Assembly (NCBI GenBank): GCA_017480975.1
Contig: JAFURK010000034.1
Span: 1-58,113, forward strand
Direction of reading: 5' to 3'
Source: Bacilli bacterium
Lineage (GTDB): Bacteria > Bacillota_I > Bacilli_A > RF39 > UBA660
DNA length: 58,113 bases
The notes below the pieces were generated by a model, which searched no databases, was not told the origin of the DNA, and saw nothing but the letters and a program-made list of their open reading frames with translations. Position numbers and translations under genes: made by a program. Shown in pieces: positions 56,124 through 58,113 of this stretch (positions are counted from its first letter, which is position 1; each line of letters starts with the position of its first letter).

Positions 56124-57160
56124 TAGTAATACAAAGCCTTCTTTCCAAAATAATTGTACCTTTCCTCAAATAAAGAACGAGAATACGTTTTTAACGTACC
56201 ACCAATAGGATCAGCTACAACCACACTACTATTATCAGCACCAACCATAACAACCGCATGCTCCCCCGCTTTCCAATAAATAGTCTCCATTGTCGGTTTA
56301 TAAATCCAACTTTGAGAAATATATGGTAAACTAAGTCCCATCGAAGTCCAAACCATAACTGGCTTACCACTTTGAACCAAACTAATTACCTCATTAAAAG
56401 AAAAATTATTTCTAATCTGTATACCACTCTTATATACATTTGCTACTTCAGCTATCGGCTTTTCATAAACTCCATAACTGGCACTAGAGTAAGGATTCCC
56501 TACAAATTCAACTTCTGGATTTCCCCCATAAGTAACTCCATTCTCCAAATATGGTAAATTACCCTTTTTTAACTTAGAAATAACATTATCTGGAGTAACA
56601 GCAACCCCATAATACTGAAGTAACATCGTTAAAGCAACACTTTCACAACCAGTCTGATATTTAGGGTACTGATTAATTAAAGGAAAATTATAACTATTTT
56701 TTTTACTTATACTGCTGCTAGTACTATTATTACTATTACTACTACTATTAATGATAGCTTGTTTCTTTTTTTCATATTTTTTTACTAAAACATCATATTC
56801 AGAATTTAAACTATCTTTTTTCTTCTCCAAATCACTAACTTCATTCGATAAAGTATCAATTTCCTTTTGTAAACTTGCATTTGAATTTTCCTTGTTTTCA
56901 ATCTCTTTTAAATACAAATCATAATCAAAATTATCCTTCTGAAATAAAACCAATAACTCATCATACAACTCCATTTTTTCAGATATAACCCCATTTAAGT
57001 TAACTTCACCATCAACTCCAACTAACTTTTCTTCTTTAAAATATTCATATTGTTTTTTATTACTATCGATAATTTCTAAATTTTTTAAATATAGAAAAAA
57101 TGAACCACCAACACTAAAAATAATCAAACAACAAAATAAAATAACTCTTCTCATAACCAA
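56123..57160 (-). CDS. Membrane-anchored coiled-coil protein with a C-terminal C39-like (Peptidase_C39_2) cysteine peptidase domain
   Basis: 345 aa. An N-terminal TM and a coiled coil (EIDTLSNEVSDLEKKKDSLNSEYDVLVKKYEKKK) are followed by a Ser/Asn linker. The peptidase domain starts QYPKYQTGCESVALTMLLQYYG, with a downstream GEHAVVMVG His. Confidence 0.6.
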   Translation of the reverse strand: MVMRRVILFCCLIIFSVGGSFFLYLKNLEIIDSNKKQYEYFKEEKLVGVDGEVNLNGVISEKMELYDELLVLFQKDNFDYDLYLKEIENKENSNASLQKEIDTLSNEVSDLEKKKDSLNSEYDVLVKKYEKKKQAIINSSSNSNNSTSSSISKKNSYNFPLINQYPKYQTGCESVALTMLLQYYGVAVTPDNVISKLKKGNLPYLENGVTYGGNPEVEFVGNPYSSASYGVYEKPIAEVANVYKSGIQIRNNFSFNEVISLVQSGKPVMVWTSMGLSLPYISQSWIYKPTMETIYWKAGEHAVVMVGADNSSVVVADPIGGTLKTYSRSLFEERYNYFGKKALYY

Positions 57161-57786
57161 ACCTCAACATCTCTAATTTTCAAAACATTATTATCGTTAT
57201 AAAAAGTATATAAATAACTATTTCCATTTTCATAATTAACTATTGCCTTAATATCTTCCCCACTAGTATAAACAGAAACATTTGATATTAAAAATTCAAA
57301 TCTATCATTAGCATAATCACTCAACGATACATAATTATCAATTATACAAACATCATTATTAATAATACTAAAATCACTAATACCAAAATAAAAATCTGTT
57401 ATCTCATAAATAATATCTAAATTTACATAATCCAAAGTCAAATTCTCAATACCATCTTTATCAACATATAAACAATTATCTAATTTCTTTAAACCTTCAG
57501 AATAATATTCCTTATTATCTAAAACATAATCTAAAGCAAAATGAACCAAAAAATCATAATTATCTCTTAACACATCTGAATACATAAAACTACTATTCGG
57601 AATAATAAAATCATCTATATTGCTTAAATAAATCTCAATATCCTTTTCCAACGCCTCATAATCATTCTTATAAAAAAGAACAGAATTATCTATATCATAA
57701 GAATAAGCAAAAGACGTATTAAATACTTCACTTCCCAATAAAGCAATTCCACCAATTAACAATAAAACTAAAAATATCTTCTTCAT
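57151..57786 (-). CDS. Secreted protein of unknown function
   Basis: 211 aa with an N-terminal signal peptide. Overlaps the downstream gene by 10 nt. Confidence 0.5.
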   Translation of the reverse strand: MKKIFLVLLLIGGIALLGSEVFNTSFAYSYDIDNSVLFYKNDYEALEKDIEIYLSNIDDFIIPNSSFMYSDVLRDNYDFLVHFALDYVLDNKEYYSEGLKKLDNCLYVDKDGIENLTLDYVNLDIIYEITDFYFGISDFSIINNDVCIIDNYVSLSDYANDRFEFLISNVSVYTSGEDIKAIVNYENGNSYLYTFYNDNNVLKIRDVEVWL

Positions 57787-57935
57787 ATCATCACCATATC
57801 TTAAAACAATAATATCAAAAAAAGCATTAAAAGTCTATTCTAAATCAAAACAAATTACCAGTTCCTTTTCTAACACATCAAAAGAACTTTCCTATACAAC
57901 AAAAAAAGAACTTTAAAATAAAAAGCTCTTAAACC

Positions 57936-58113
57936 TCAGTTATTATTAGAAGAATTTTTATCACCTTGTTCAAAATATACTTTACCTACCTCATATTCAG
58001 CTTCAACTAAAGAAGATAAATCATTAATTATTTTTTGATTTTGATTAAATAAAACCGAATATATTAAATACTCATCCCATATCATAAGTTCATGTTGTTC
58101 TCTTTCATCTAAA
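57936..58113 (-). CDS. 3' fragment (last 58 codons) of a gene entering from the right edge; DUF2207-like C-terminus
   Basis: Minus strand reads ...LDEREQHELMIWDEYLIYSVLFNQNQKIINDLSSLVEAEYEVGKVYFEQGDKNSSNNN, ending in TGA at 57936-57938. The W..YL.Y..L motif resembles DUF2207 C-termini. Confidence 0.35.
   Translation of the reverse strand, partial: LDEREQHELMIWDEYLIYSVLFNQNQKIINDLSSLVEAEYEVGKVYFEQGDKNSSNNN

Noticed and set aside
2982-56557. Thirteen plus-strand ORFs of 60-111 aa in the track: 2982-3185, 6316-6612, 11416-11619, 15695-15901, 17122-17313, 19151-19453, 21863-22090, 24449-24784, 25010-25216, 45824-46006, 46409-46669, 51740-52021 and 56372-56557.
   Set aside because: Each lies entirely antisense within a well-supported minus-strand gene such as copA, recA, recG or YfhO. 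All have odd F/I/L/S/N-rich composition typical of antisense frames in AT-rich DNA, and none has a convincing SD.
1-58113. Search for rRNA, tRNA, CRISPR arrays, transposases, integrases or prophage blocks.
   Set aside because: Intergenic spaces are short and AT-rich. I saw no cloverleaf-compatible GC-rich segment, no regularly spaced repeats and no recombinase-like ORF.
1-58113. Alternative genetic code (TGA read as Trp, as in Mollicutes), given the very low GC.
   Set aside because: Long uninterrupted ORFs with full-length conserved proteins are obtained with the standard code. In addition, several genes terminate at TGA exactly where homologs end or where the next gene starts (for example tadA at 41477 and the ATGA overlaps).

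Overview
This is a very AT-rich, low-GC monoderm (Firmicutes-like, possibly Erysipelotrichia/Mollicutes-related) chromosomal window. About 58 genes are packed tightly, and all but one are on the minus strand. I saw no rRNA, tRNA, CRISPR array, transposase or integrase.

Housekeeping genes I recognise: cls, ftsY, ylxM, recA, rlmH, dnaB, rplI, recG, ezrA, typA, trxB, lgt and obg.

Accessory content, from left to right:
- An intramembrane-sensing two-component system. It shares a phosphate-box-like direct repeat with the adjacent four-gene membrane/cardiolipin-synthase operon.
- A csoR-copA copper locus. It has an operator inside the promoter spacer, a decayed gene, an unlisted small lipoprotein ORF and an extracytoplasmic thioredoxin-fold protein.
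- ftsY-ylxM followed not by ffh but by a stand-alone Clp-D1-like AAA+ ATPase and small membrane proteins.
- A large SpaA/Cna-B-repeat surface protein.
- Two extremely N/Q/M-rich membrane-anchored proteins next to ezrA.
- A lipid-linked glycosylation cluster: a CsbB/GtrB-like GT2, a GtrA-GT2 fusion, YfhO and a further polytopic protein.
- A coiled-coil plus C39-like cysteine peptidase module.

The most interesting region is 37.6-47.4 kb, an 11-gene, translationally coupled operon bracketed by terminators. It encodes a Tad/Flp-like (type IVc) pilus machine:
- a CpaB-like SAF protein, a CpaF/TadA ATPase with an odd N/Q/S-rich tail, and two GspF-like platform proteins;
- a 58-aa pilin-like ORF absent from the ORF track, and two paralogous TadE-like prepilins;
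- a TadZ-like protein with a degenerate P-loop;
- three lead genes I cannot assign to any family, including an 860-aa Cys-containing secreted protein.

No prepilin peptidase is present in the window. All functional calls come from motif recognition by eye; no database search was run.
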